From positions 49,686 to 113,685 of the forward strand of contig JABDCA010000002.1 of the NCBI GenBank assembly GCA_013288345.1: a stretch of DNA of 64,000 bases, in the 5' to 3' direction. Under the pieces are notes generated by a model. That model worked only from the letters and a program-made list of their open reading frames with translations, made no database searches and was not told where the DNA came from. Positions 9,565-18,427 of the stretch are shown here, one piece after another. Source of the stretch: Bacteroidota bacterium (GTDB taxonomy: Bacteria; Bacteroidota; Bacteroidia; JABEUT01). The translations under genes were made by a program, and so were the position numbers. Position 1 is the stretch's first letter. Every line of letters begins with the position of its first letter.

Positions 9565-11502
9565 ATGTCGTTATCAAAATGCCGTTTGCTTTTTATTCTT
9601 CAGTTTATTTTTTCTTTAAACGCATTTTCGCAGTTTAATACGAGTACATACCTGCAAGAAGCAAGGGAAGATATAGCTGCAAGCCATTATTTTGATGCGA
9701 TACAAAAACTCGATGTTTGCATCCAGACAAAACCGGGCCAATACGATGCATATTTTTTCAGGGGAGTGTGCAAATACTATCTTAACGATGATTTAGGTGC
9801 TGAAGCAGACTTGAATGTTGCAGTTAATATGTATGACCCGTACCTCTCGGACGCCTATCATTACAGGAGCTTTGTCAGATACCGCCTTGGCGATTATGAA
9901 GGGGCCATCAGGGATGTTGACCAGCTTATTTCGATTCAGGGAAAAGACCCGAAATTATACATGGAAAGAGCTTTTTCCAAATTATCCAGTCAGGACTATA
10001 ATGGTGCAATAAAAGATTGTTATAAAGTATTAAGCATGCAATATGTTAATGAAAACTTATATCTGTGCTTAGGCATGGCCCAAAACGCGCTGAATAAGTT
10101 CGACAGCGCTTTAGTGTATTATAATAAGGCACTCGTATTAAATCCTAAAAATGAAGAGATTTATGTGCGCATTGGCATGGTTAATGCGAATATGAGCAAC
10201 TATAACGACGCAATTGAAGAGTATAACAAAGCATTGAAAATAGATTCTGCCAGTACCCTTGCCTATTTCAGCAGGGCTGAGGCTTATATGAAGATGAATA
10301 AGGATAAGGAGGCTATGGAAGATTTTAATACGGTTATAATATATGATCCGTTGAATTCCATTGCCTATTACGACAGGGCCATTATAGAGTCTAATAAGAA
10401 CAATTATAATGATGCACTTGCTGACTTCAGTAAGGTAATAATGCTCAACCCTAAAAATATACAGGCACTTTTTAACAGGGCTAAACTCAGGTGTGCCTTG
10501 AATGACTTGCAGGGGGCATTAAGTGATTATGATAAAACGATTGAGCTGTTCCCTTATTTTGTAGAGGCATATAACGAGCGTGCGCGGTTAAAAGAGAGCC
10601 TGCATGATTATAAAGGAGCGCAGGCTGATTATAATACGGGTAAGGTAATGGGCGATCTCAGCCATTTCAAGGATAATTCTCAACGGGTAAATGACTCGGT
10701 AAACCTTTCTCATTTGTTAGCGCTCAATTCCGATTTTGATAATAATAGCAAGAAATTATCCGATACTGCCAGCATTGGCCTGTTGCCTTTATTTTATTTA
10801 ATGCTGAGTGACAAGAATTCTGCGAAAACAGTTTGCTCACCTGTGTTTCTGAAAAAAACAAAACAGGTTTACAATGATTTTTGTATAGTAAATAAAAAAA
10901 CCACAGCACCGGATAATATAACGGATAGCGCTTTGTTTGTTTTAAATAAGGACAGTAATGAAAGTGAAGGAATAATACTGAGACGGGCAGTGCAGGAAAC
11001 CAACCTGCAATTGTTTAACGATGCCATTAAAGACTATAACAATATAATAGAGCAAAATACAGGTTCTGCAATTGCATATTTTCAGCGGGGTATAAGTCAG
11101 TGCAAAGAAATGGAGATGCTTAGCCGTTTTAACGAGGATAAACAATACACAATGGTAAATAAAACCTATAAAATAGTTAGGATACAGAACAACGATAAAT
11201 ACGAAAGCGCCCTTGCCGATTTTAATAAAACAATAGAGATAGAGCCTGAATTTGCTTTTGCCTATTATAACAGGGCATTTGTGAAATATAAATTGAAAGA
11301 CTTAAAGGGAGCTATCGACGATTATAATAAGGCCATTGAAATAGATCCGGGCTTTGGCGATGCATATTATAACCGGGGCTTATTGTTCTTTTGCCTGAAT
11401 GATAAGATAAGCGCCTGCCAGGATTATAGCAAGGCAGGTGAACTAGGTGTGACAGAAGCATATCTTGTTATAAAGCTTTACTGCTCGCAGATTTTGAAGT
11501 AG
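9565..11502 (+). CDS. Secreted tetratricopeptide-repeat protein
   Basis: Signal peptide MSLSKCRLLFILQFIFSLNAFSQ at the internal Met. Many TPR units follow (AYYNRA..., DYNKAIEIDP...). Confidence 0.75.
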   Translation: MSLSKCRLLFILQFIFSLNAFSQFNTSTYLQEAREDIAASHYFDAIQKLDVCIQTKPGQYDAYFFRGVCKYYLNDDLGAEADLNVAVNMYDPYLSDAYHYRSFVRYRLGDYEGAIRDVDQLISIQGKDPKLYMERAFSKLSSQDYNGAIKDCYKVLSMQYVNENLYLCLGMAQNALNKFDSALVYYNKALVLNPKNEEIYVRIGMVNANMSNYNDAIEEYNKALKIDSASTLAYFSRAEAYMKMNKDKEAMEDFNTVIIYDPLNSIAYYDRAIIESNKNNYNDALADFSKVIMLNPKNIQALFNRAKLRCALNDLQGALSDYDKTIELFPYFVEAYNERARLKESLHDYKGAQADYNTGKVMGDLSHFKDNSQRVNDSVNLSHLLALNSDFDNNSKKLSDTASIGLLPLFYLMLSDKNSAKTVCSPVFLKKTKQVYNDFCIVNKKTTAPDNITDSALFVLNKDSNESEGIILRRAVQETNLQLFNDAIKDYNNIIEQNTGSAIAYFQRGISQCKEMEMLSRFNEDKQYTMVNKTYKIVRIQNNDKYESALADFNKTIEIEPEFAFAYYNRAFVKYKLKDLKGAIDDYNKAIEIDPGFGDAYYNRGLLFFCLNDKISACQDYSKAGELGVTEAYLVIKLYCSQILK

Positions 11503-11560
11503 TGCCGGGTTATTAGAGATGTCTGTTTATAGGGATTTTTCTCATTAAATAAATATTTCT

Positions 11561-11568
11561 TACATTTG
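11561..11568 (+). promoter_or_regulatory. Candidate Bacteroidetes -7 box (TACATTTG) driving the SAM riboswitch-met operon
   Basis: Matches the TAnnTTTG consensus and sits about 35-45 nt upstream of the riboswitch core. Confidence 0.35.
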
Positions 11569-11604
11569 CAGCGCAAATAATTACTCCACGCATAAAAGCA
11601 TGGT

Positions 11605-11720
11605 GTAATTGTTATACAGAAGAGGTGAGAGATCAGGCTCGAAGACCCTCTGGCAACCGTCTAAGTTTAGAAAAGGTGCCAACTCCTGCCCAAGGCAACA
11701 CGGGACATATAAAAATTACA
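11605..11720 (+). ncRNA. SAM-I (S-box) riboswitch
   Basis: Core matches to the S-box consensus: GGCAACC at 11652-11658 and AAGGTGCCAACTCCTGC at 11672-11688 (consensus GGUGCYAAUUCCUGC). An AGAGG...GAGAGA...CCC region precedes them. The element is in the 5' leader of a homoserine O-acetyltransferase gene, the canonical location. Confidence 0.6.
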
Positions 11721-11917
11721 TAGGCCATGAAAAACAAAAGACACAGTCCTTTAGGTAAATCTCGAAAGAGAAATTTCAGCAATTCTATTATTTGTTGTTG
11801 CGGACGAATGCCCATGTCCTGCCAATAGCATATCCTATTCCATTTTATTGCAATAAGGATATCTGCCTCGCAGAGCATAGAAGCCTTAATCTTAACCTCA
11901 ACCTAAATCTCAACCTA

Positions 11918-14167
11918 ATGAATAATACTTTCGAATATAAAAACGCTTATCAGTTAGAATCAGGCCAAAACCTGCAAGGTTTTACCCTTGCTTACCAGAC
12001 ATGGGGCAAACTGAATAAAGAAAAGGATAATACTATATGGATATGCCATGCCCTTACGGCTAATGCCGATGCAGAGGACTGGTGGCCGGGTATTATTGGC
12101 GCGGGTAAGGTATTCGATCCTGCAAAACATTTCATTGTCTGTGCTAATATTTTGGGCTCTTGCTATGGCTCAACAGGGCCCTTGTCTGTGAATACTGCAA
12201 CCGGCAAACCTTTCTATCACGATTTCCCTTTGCTTACTGTGCGTGATATTGTCGGTTCACTTGATCTGTTGCGCAACGAATTGGGTATTGATCAAATACA
12301 CACTGCCATTGGAGGTTCGTTAGGTGGGCAACAGGCAATAGAGTGGGCCATAAGCTCACCAGATGTTATTAAACACCTTATAGTAGTGGCATCTAATTCG
12401 GTAAGTTCTCCATGGGGTATTGCATTCCGTGAGAGCCAACGCTTGGCTATTGAAGCTGACCAAACCTGGAAAGAATCTTGTGCAGATGCAGGTACGGAGG
12501 GGCTGAAAGCGGCACGGTCCATTGCTTTATTGAGTTACCGCAATTATATAACCTATTCGCAGACACAAAAAGAAACGGATGATACCAAAACGGATGGATA
12601 TAATGCTTCATCGTATCAACGTTACCAGGGCGATAAATTGGTGAAGCGTTTTAATGCATTTTCGTATTACGCACTTTCTAAAATAATGGATTCGCATAAC
12701 GTGGGTCGTGGCAGAGGCGGAGTGAAGCAGGTACTGGCAACTATCAAAGCCAAAACATTAGCTGTTGGTATTACATCTGATTTATTATTCCCTGCTACTG
12801 AATCGAGATATACGGCAGAGCATGTTCCCGGAGCTATTTACGAAGAGATAAATTCCCTTTATGGGCATGATGGTTTTTTAATAGAAGTGCCGAAACTAAC
12901 ATTGGCTATACAAAATTTTTACAAGAAAATAATGAACACACCTAAAATAGGTTTGTTCGGCCTGGGTTGTGTGGGACAAGGCTTCTATGAGCTTACACAT
13001 ATTCAAACACCTTCAGTAGTGCCGCATAAAATTGTGGTGAAGGATGCGTTGAAAAAACGCAAAGTGGAAACCCATTTACTGAGTTTTGATAAAGAGGATG
13101 TGTTGCAGGATGAAAGCACTAACCTTGTGGTGGAAGTAATTGATAACTCGAAAGAAGCTTTTGAAATTATTGGAGGCGCCCTGAGAGCAGGTAAAAATGC
13201 TGTATCTGCGAATAAAAAGATGGTAGTCGAAAACCTGTCCGAGCTTTTGGCCTTACAGGAAAAACACAATGTATCGCTTTTATACGAGGCAGGTGTGTGC
13301 GCTAGTATCCCTATCCTACGTACAATCGACAGCTATTTTTCACAAGAGCCAATAAGCGCTATTCGTGGTTTGTGCAATGGTACTTCGAATTATATTTTGT
13401 CGCAGGTATATAACAAGGGATGGGATTATGCAACTGCACTTAAGGAATCACAACGCCTTGGCTTTGCCGAAGCTGACCCAACGCTTGATGTGGAAAGCTA
13501 TGATGCATTATTTAAGCTTATAATACTAACCCTGCATGGTTTTGGCCTATTGGTAAAGCCTGAGCAGATATTCAACTACGGTATATCGAACATCAGCCCT
13601 GAGGATATTGAGTATGCTAAAGCCAATGGGTATAAAGTACGCCAGGTGGCACAGGTATACAAATTGGCAAATAATAAAGTTGGCCTATGGGTAGTGCCTC
13701 AGTTCATCTCTCCTGCCGATCCTTTATATCATGTAGAGAATGAGTACAACGGAATAACCATTGAAGCAGAACATTCGGGCACACAGTTTTTCTCAGGAAA
13801 GGGCGCCGGCAGTTATCCAACCGGTGCAGCAGTACTATCGGATGTGCATGCATCATTGGGTGGTTTTAAATACCGTTACGAAAAATACAAAGACAATAAT
13901 GGGCTGAGCCTTGCTAATTCTATTGAAATAGAAGTTTATGTAAGGGCAAGTTCAGAAAAAGTACTGAATGAAATTAAGCTGAAAGAGGGCAAGCATATTA
14001 AAGGCAAGAATTATGCAACGGGCAAAATAAGCCTGGCTCAACTGCTTGAATTAAAGCCTTTGCTTAGTAAAGAAAAAGTGTTCCTTGCATCTCTGCCTTT
14101 TGCTATCGGGCATAAAGAAAAGGCTGTTTCTGCTGAGGCACAAAAAGAATTACATTTGAATAACTAA
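11918..14167 (+). CDS. Homoserine O-acetyltransferase (MetX) fused in-frame to homoserine dehydrogenase (Hom, with a C-terminal ACT-like region)
   Basis: MNNTFEYKNAYQLESGQNL... is the MetX N-terminus, with alpha/beta hydrolase motifs (GGSLGG). There is no stop before ...NFYKKIMNTPKIGLFGLGCVGQG, the Hom Rossmann N-terminus. The start is taken at the Met after the LNLNLNL repeat-encoded stretch. Confidence 0.8.
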   Translation: MNNTFEYKNAYQLESGQNLQGFTLAYQTWGKLNKEKDNTIWICHALTANADAEDWWPGIIGAGKVFDPAKHFIVCANILGSCYGSTGPLSVNTATGKPFYHDFPLLTVRDIVGSLDLLRNELGIDQIHTAIGGSLGGQQAIEWAISSPDVIKHLIVVASNSVSSPWGIAFRESQRLAIEADQTWKESCADAGTEGLKAARSIALLSYRNYITYSQTQKETDDTKTDGYNASSYQRYQGDKLVKRFNAFSYYALSKIMDSHNVGRGRGGVKQVLATIKAKTLAVGITSDLLFPATESRYTAEHVPGAIYEEINSLYGHDGFLIEVPKLTLAIQNFYKKIMNTPKIGLFGLGCVGQGFYELTHIQTPSVVPHKIVVKDALKKRKVETHLLSFDKEDVLQDESTNLVVEVIDNSKEAFEIIGGALRAGKNAVSANKKMVVENLSELLALQEKHNVSLLYEAGVCASIPILRTIDSYFSQEPISAIRGLCNGTSNYILSQVYNKGWDYATALKESQRLGFAEADPTLDVESYDALFKLIILTLHGFGLLVKPEQIFNYGISNISPEDIEYAKANGYKVRQVAQVYKLANNKVGLWVVPQFISPADPLYHVENEYNGITIEAEHSGTQFFSGKGAGSYPTGAAVLSDVHASLGGFKYRYEKYKDNNGLSLANSIEIEVYVRASSEKVLNEIKLKEGKHIKGKNYATGKISLAQLLELKPLLSKEKVFLASLPFAIGHKEKAVSAEAQKELHLNN

Positions 14168-14177
14168 TAAAAACAAA

Positions 14178-14594
14178 ATGGCAAAAGTCACTTTACATAG
14201 AGTAGATGATGCGTTTCATCTGGAAGCAACCAATGCAGTAGGCTCAAAATTACAAATGGATGGCAATCCTGAAATTGGTGGGCACAATCTTGCTTTTCGC
14301 CCTTTAGAGACGATGATTGCATCCTTAGGCGGTTGCAGCAGCATGGATATAATTATGATTCTGAAAAAACAAAGACAGGAGATTGAGAGCTATGATGTGG
14401 AAATAGAATACGAACGCGACCGTAACCTTGAACCTGCTTTAATTACACAGATACATATTAAGTTTATTGTAAAAGGCAAAGTAGATGAAGACAAACTAAA
14501 AAAAGCTATTGAGTTGAGCCTTGATAAATATTGTACAGTATCAAAAATGCTGGAAAAGACTGCTAAAATCACCTTCTCGTACCAATTGAATTAA
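14178..14594 (+). CDS. OsmC/Ohr-family protein
   Basis: 138 aa with conserved paired-Cys context (LGGCSSMD ... YCTVSKML). Confidence 0.75.
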   Translation: MAKVTLHRVDDAFHLEATNAVGSKLQMDGNPEIGGHNLAFRPLETMIASLGGCSSMDIIMILKKQRQEIESYDVEIEYERDRNLEPALITQIHIKFIVKGKVDEDKLKKAIELSLDKYCTVSKMLEKTAKITFSYQLN

Positions 14595-14596
14595 TA

Positions 14597-15775
14597 ATGG
14601 CTAAGAAAAAGCATAGAGACACCATAGCAGTCCGTACCCAACTTGAAAAGACTCAATTCAATGAGCACTCTGTGCCATTGTATCTGACATCGAGTTTTGT
14701 ATATGACGATGCTGAATCTATGCGCGCCATGTTTGCCGATGAAATACCCGGCAATATATACAGCCGATTTTCAAACCCTAATGCCACAGAGTTATCAGAT
14801 AAAATAGCACAACTCGAAGAAGCGGAAGCTGGTTTTTCTTTTGCTTCGGGTATGGCTGCTGTGTTTACCACCTTTACAGCATTACTTAAAAGCGGCGACC
14901 ATATTCTTTGCTGTAATTCGGTATTTGGTTCTACGCACACGGTGTTAGAAAAGCAGTTATCTAAATTTGGTATAAGCCATACTTACGTCGATATTCATAA
15001 AACCAATGAATGGGGCAAAGAGGTGAAGCCAAATACCAAAATAATTTTTGTAGAAACTCCATCGAACCCTGCAATAGATATTATTGATCTGGACTGGTTG
15101 GGCAAGTTTTCAAAAAAGCATAAAACCATTTTAATAGTAGATAATTGCTTTGCTACACCTATGTTGCAGCAACCTATCCTCTTTGGCGCTGACTTGGTAA
15201 TACATTCTGCTACCAAGTATTTAGACGGGCAGGGACGTGTATTAGGCGGAGTAGTAGCCGGTAAAAAGAATTTGATTGACGAGATACGAACCTTTGCTCG
15301 TAGTTCGGGCCCGGCAATCTCTCCTTTTAATGCATGGATATTATCCAAGAGTATTGAAACACTTTCTGTCCGTATGGATAGGCACAGCAGCAATGCCTTA
15401 AAGATTGCCCAGTACTTGGAAAAACATGCTGATGTAGAATCTGTGAAATACCCTTTCCTGAAATCTCATCCGCAATATAAAATTGCCAAAAAACAAATGA
15501 GCCAGGGTGGGGGTATGATAGCCTTCCTTATTAAAGGCGGCTTGAAGCGTGGCAGGAAATTCCTTGATGCACTGGAATTAGCATCTATGACAGCAAACCT
15601 AGGCGATACCCGCACAATTGTGTCTCACCCTGCATCTACAACACATTTTAAACTTACAGAGCAACAGCGTATTGAAACAGGTGTGTTGCCTAACCTCATT
15701 CGTATATCAGCAGGCCTTGAGCATGCTGATGATATTATTGCCGATATAGATCAGGCATTTAAGAAATCGAAGTAA
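14597..15775 (+). CDS. Cys/Met-metabolism PLP-dependent enzyme (O-acetylhomoserine sulfhydrylase / cystathionine gamma-synthase family)
   Basis: PLP-lysine context SATKYLDGQG, ~390 aa, cotranscribed with metX-hom behind the SAM riboswitch. Confidence 0.85.
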   Translation: MAKKKHRDTIAVRTQLEKTQFNEHSVPLYLTSSFVYDDAESMRAMFADEIPGNIYSRFSNPNATELSDKIAQLEEAEAGFSFASGMAAVFTTFTALLKSGDHILCCNSVFGSTHTVLEKQLSKFGISHTYVDIHKTNEWGKEVKPNTKIIFVETPSNPAIDIIDLDWLGKFSKKHKTILIVDNCFATPMLQQPILFGADLVIHSATKYLDGQGRVLGGVVAGKKNLIDEIRTFARSSGPAISPFNAWILSKSIETLSVRMDRHSSNALKIAQYLEKHADVESVKYPFLKSHPQYKIAKKQMSQGGGMIAFLIKGGLKRGRKFLDALELASMTANLGDTRTIVSHPASTTHFKLTEQQRIETGVLPNLIRISAGLEHADDIIADIDQAFKKSK

Positions 15776-15799
15776 ATACAATAATTTTATGATGTTTTT

Positions 15800-15938
15800 A
15801 ATTGCCGTCAGCTTTAGCTGACGGGTATAAGGGCTGAAACCTAAATGGCTTTAGCCTAATAGTCTATTTATTCTTTGCTTTAGGCTAAAGCCAAAATTTT
15901 GTATTTATTGAATCCGTCAGCTAAAGCTGACGGCAATT
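15800..15938. repeat. Nested perfect palindrome in a convergent gap. Two 25-bp arms (aattgccgtcagctttagctgacgg / ccgtcagctaaagctgacggcaatt) are each a hairpin themselves; the centre holds ggctttagcc and ggctaaagcc hairpins.
   Basis: Read directly in the sequence. The GCTTTAGC/GCTAAAGC core occurs four times. Confidence 0.7.
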
Positions 15939-15966
15939 GAATTTGACGAGTAATTGTTTTCTTGCT

Positions 15967-18216
15967 TTATATCCTGATACCAATTACGCAAACATCATCT
16001 ATCTGCATTTGACCACCTTTCCAATCGCTTAGTGATTTTTCAAGGATAGCTTTCTGTTCTTTCATAGGTTTAGCACTTATGTTTAGCACCAATTCTTTTA
16101 ATTGCGCAAGTTTGAACTTCTTTCCATTAGGTCCGCCAAACTGGTCGGCATAACCATCACTGAACATATAAATACAATCGCCTTTTTGCAGGTTTATTTC
16201 GTGCATGGTAAATGGTTTTGCCTCACCACCGCTAATTCCTATAGGCATTTTATCAGGTTTAAACTCCATTAGCTCACCTTTGCGCGCTATCCATAGCCCA
16301 TTGTTTGCACACGCTGCCATTAATAAATGCTTCTCAAAATCAATAGCGCAAAGAGTAGCATCCATGCCATCTTTGGTATCATCGGTATTATCAGGGTTTA
16401 GTGCATCTACTACATTGGTACGAACATTATTAAATATCTCGTTTGGTTGTACTATTCCCTTTTCTATTACGGCCTGGTGCAAAAAGGTAATATTCAGCAA
16501 TGACATAAATGCGCCCGGTACACCATGGCCCGTACAATCGCAGCAGGCTATATAAAACTTACCTTTATGATGTAATGCCCAGTAAAAATCGCCGCTTACA
16601 ATATCTTTAGGTTTAAAAAATATAAAGTATTCAGGCAGGTATTCCGATAAGTATTTTTCGCTGGTGAGCAAGGCTGTCTGTATCCGGCTGGCATAGTGTA
16701 TGCTGTCGGTAAGGTCTTTGTGGCGTTCCTCCAATAATTTTGTGGCATCACCCAATTGTGCAAAGGCGTGATCGATCTTTTCTTTTTGTTCACCAATAAT
16801 ATTTTTCTGCCTGTTGGTTATACGCAAGCGTTGTGCCACAAAAATAAGGAAGGCAATAAGCAACAATACTCCACCGGTTCCTGCGTAAATAATTAGCTGC
16901 TGGCGTTTACGCTGTTCTTCTTCCAGTGCGTGTTGTTTTTTACTTTCAGCTTCCTGCAGCGCTTGTTTCTTATCGTACGAATATTTTACTTCTTCGCGGC
17001 CTATTGCTTTCTGTTTGTCTTCATTAAATACACTGTCGTGTATGGCCATTGCCAGTTTAAAATAAGTAAGTGCACTATCTGGCTGTTTCAGTTTTTCATA
17101 GCTGGTTGAAATATCTTTCAGGACTTCATAATAACTCTTCCTGCTATTGATGTCTTTGTAAATAGAAGCGGCGTTCATCAAGTAGCTTATAGCAGGTTTG
17201 TAATTCCCCCTATCATTGTTTATAAGCCCAATACCTTCCGTCGATTCTGCAATATTGCCCATATCGCCTGCGGCTTTGCTTATCTCAAGCCCTTTGGTGT
17301 AAAGTATTAATGCACTATCTCTTAAAATACTGCTAATGTCTTTTAACGATGGCTTATGCGGGTTTGAGGCATAATACACTTCAATAAAGTGCTTTTTAAT
17401 ACTATCGGGTTCAGTGGCAAGTATGTTGTATGCATTTGCAATATTGGTATAGGTAATCGCAATATTGGCAGGATTGTTAGCCTCTTTCCTGATCACTAGG
17501 CTTTTAAAGTAATAATCGAGTGCACCCAGGTAATTTTTTCGATTGCGGTAAATAATGCCGATGTTATTATACCCCATATCAACACCTTCCTTATTGTTCA
17601 AAGCTTGTTCAATGTTCAAGCTCTTTATAAAATACGATAAAGCAGAATCGTTGTTCTCTTCATCCATATACAACAACCCGATATTATTATAAGTAAGCGC
17701 AAGGCCCGGTTTGTTGCCAATTTCTTCAAATACACTCTGGCTCTTTAAAAAATAATCGAGAGCTACAGGGTAATTGCTCTGGCTCCAGTAAACAAGGCCA
17801 AGGTTGTTGTTGGCATTAGCAATACCACGTTTATCGCCAAGTTCTTCTTTTACATGCAGCGCTTTAGTGTAGTGAATTTCAGCCTGTGCATAGTTACCTT
17901 GGTTGCTGTAAGCATTGCCAATGTTAATATAGGCAACAGCTTCGCTTTTTTTTGCTGATAGTAAAATGGCAGAATTAGTGGAGACCTCTAAGCTTTTAGT
18001 GCGCCTTAATGCACGTATCCCGTAGTCAAGTGCATCAAGGAAATCTCCTCGTTTATTGTAAGCCTTGCATACGGCTATTTCCAGAATGACTTTTGTAGTG
18101 TCTTGCTTTTCGGTATTGATGCGGTTCTTCAGCGAATCGATAAGCTTACTTTGGGCAAAACCCTGCAATGAAAAACCGCAAAGTAAAATAAATGCTATAA
18201 GGGTACGGATTCTCAT
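15967..18216 (-). CDS. TPR-repeat sensor fused to a SpoIIE/PP2C-type serine phosphatase
   Basis: Signal peptide, ~10 TPR units, one TM helix (LLLIAFLIFVAQRL), a coiled coil, then a PP2C domain (GDFYWALHHKGKFYIACCDCTGHGVPGAFMSL ... DGYADQFGG). Confidence 0.85.
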   Translation of the reverse strand: MRIRTLIAFILLCGFSLQGFAQSKLIDSLKNRINTEKQDTTKVILEIAVCKAYNKRGDFLDALDYGIRALRRTKSLEVSTNSAILLSAKKSEAVAYINIGNAYSNQGNYAQAEIHYTKALHVKEELGDKRGIANANNNLGLVYWSQSNYPVALDYFLKSQSVFEEIGNKPGLALTYNNIGLLYMDEENNDSALSYFIKSLNIEQALNNKEGVDMGYNNIGIIYRNRKNYLGALDYYFKSLVIRKEANNPANIAITYTNIANAYNILATEPDSIKKHFIEVYYASNPHKPSLKDISSILRDSALILYTKGLEISKAAGDMGNIAESTEGIGLINNDRGNYKPAISYLMNAASIYKDINSRKSYYEVLKDISTSYEKLKQPDSALTYFKLAMAIHDSVFNEDKQKAIGREEVKYSYDKKQALQEAESKKQHALEEEQRKRQQLIIYAGTGGVLLLIAFLIFVAQRLRITNRQKNIIGEQKEKIDHAFAQLGDATKLLEERHKDLTDSIHYASRIQTALLTSEKYLSEYLPEYFIFFKPKDIVSGDFYWALHHKGKFYIACCDCTGHGVPGAFMSLLNITFLHQAVIEKGIVQPNEIFNNVRTNVVDALNPDNTDDTKDGMDATLCAIDFEKHLLMAACANNGLWIARKGELMEFKPDKMPIGISGGEAKPFTMHEINLQKGDCIYMFSDGYADQFGGPNGKKFKLAQLKELVLNISAKPMKEQKAILEKSLSDWKGGQMQIDDVCVIGIRI

Positions 18217-18264
18217 TCGGTGTTAACAGGTTTTACAGAGTAGTACCATGTTTGCGAATGAGAG

Positions 18265-18423
18265 TTATTTACCCGGTGGTACAGTCTTCTTTAATTTATT
18301 CATATCTGCCGGATCGCAATGCGCACAACCTGCACCGCCCTTATGGCTAAATGCCTTGTACAGCCTTTGTACCACAAATGCTACTGCCGCAGCCAGAATA
18401 ATATAGATGACTATACTTTGCAT
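18265..18423 (-). CDS. Small (52-aa) single-TM Cys-motif protein, resembling the FeoB-associated Cys-rich / p12-like small membrane protein family
   Basis: Not in the ORF track because it is under 60 aa. I translated it manually as MQSIVIYIILAAAVAFVVQRLYKAFSHKGGAGCAHCDPADMNKLKKTVPPGK. It has an N-terminal TM helix plus a GCAHC motif, and sits between gltA and the TPR-SpoIIE gene on the same strand. Confidence 0.4.
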   Translation of the reverse strand: MQSIVIYIILAAAVAFVVQRLYKAFSHKGGAGCAHCDPADMNKLKKTVPPGK

Positions 18424-18427
18424 TTTT

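Noticed and set aside
11633-11878. 81-aa minus-strand ORF
   Set aside because: It overlaps the SAM riboswitch and the metX leader. There is no family resemblance, so I treat it as spurious.
11792-11917. ORF-track extension of the metX ORF back to 11792 (MLLRTNAHV...LNLNLNLNL)
   Set aside because: The extension would run through the octamer tandem repeat and the riboswitch downstream region. The conserved MetX N-terminus begins at the Met at 11918.
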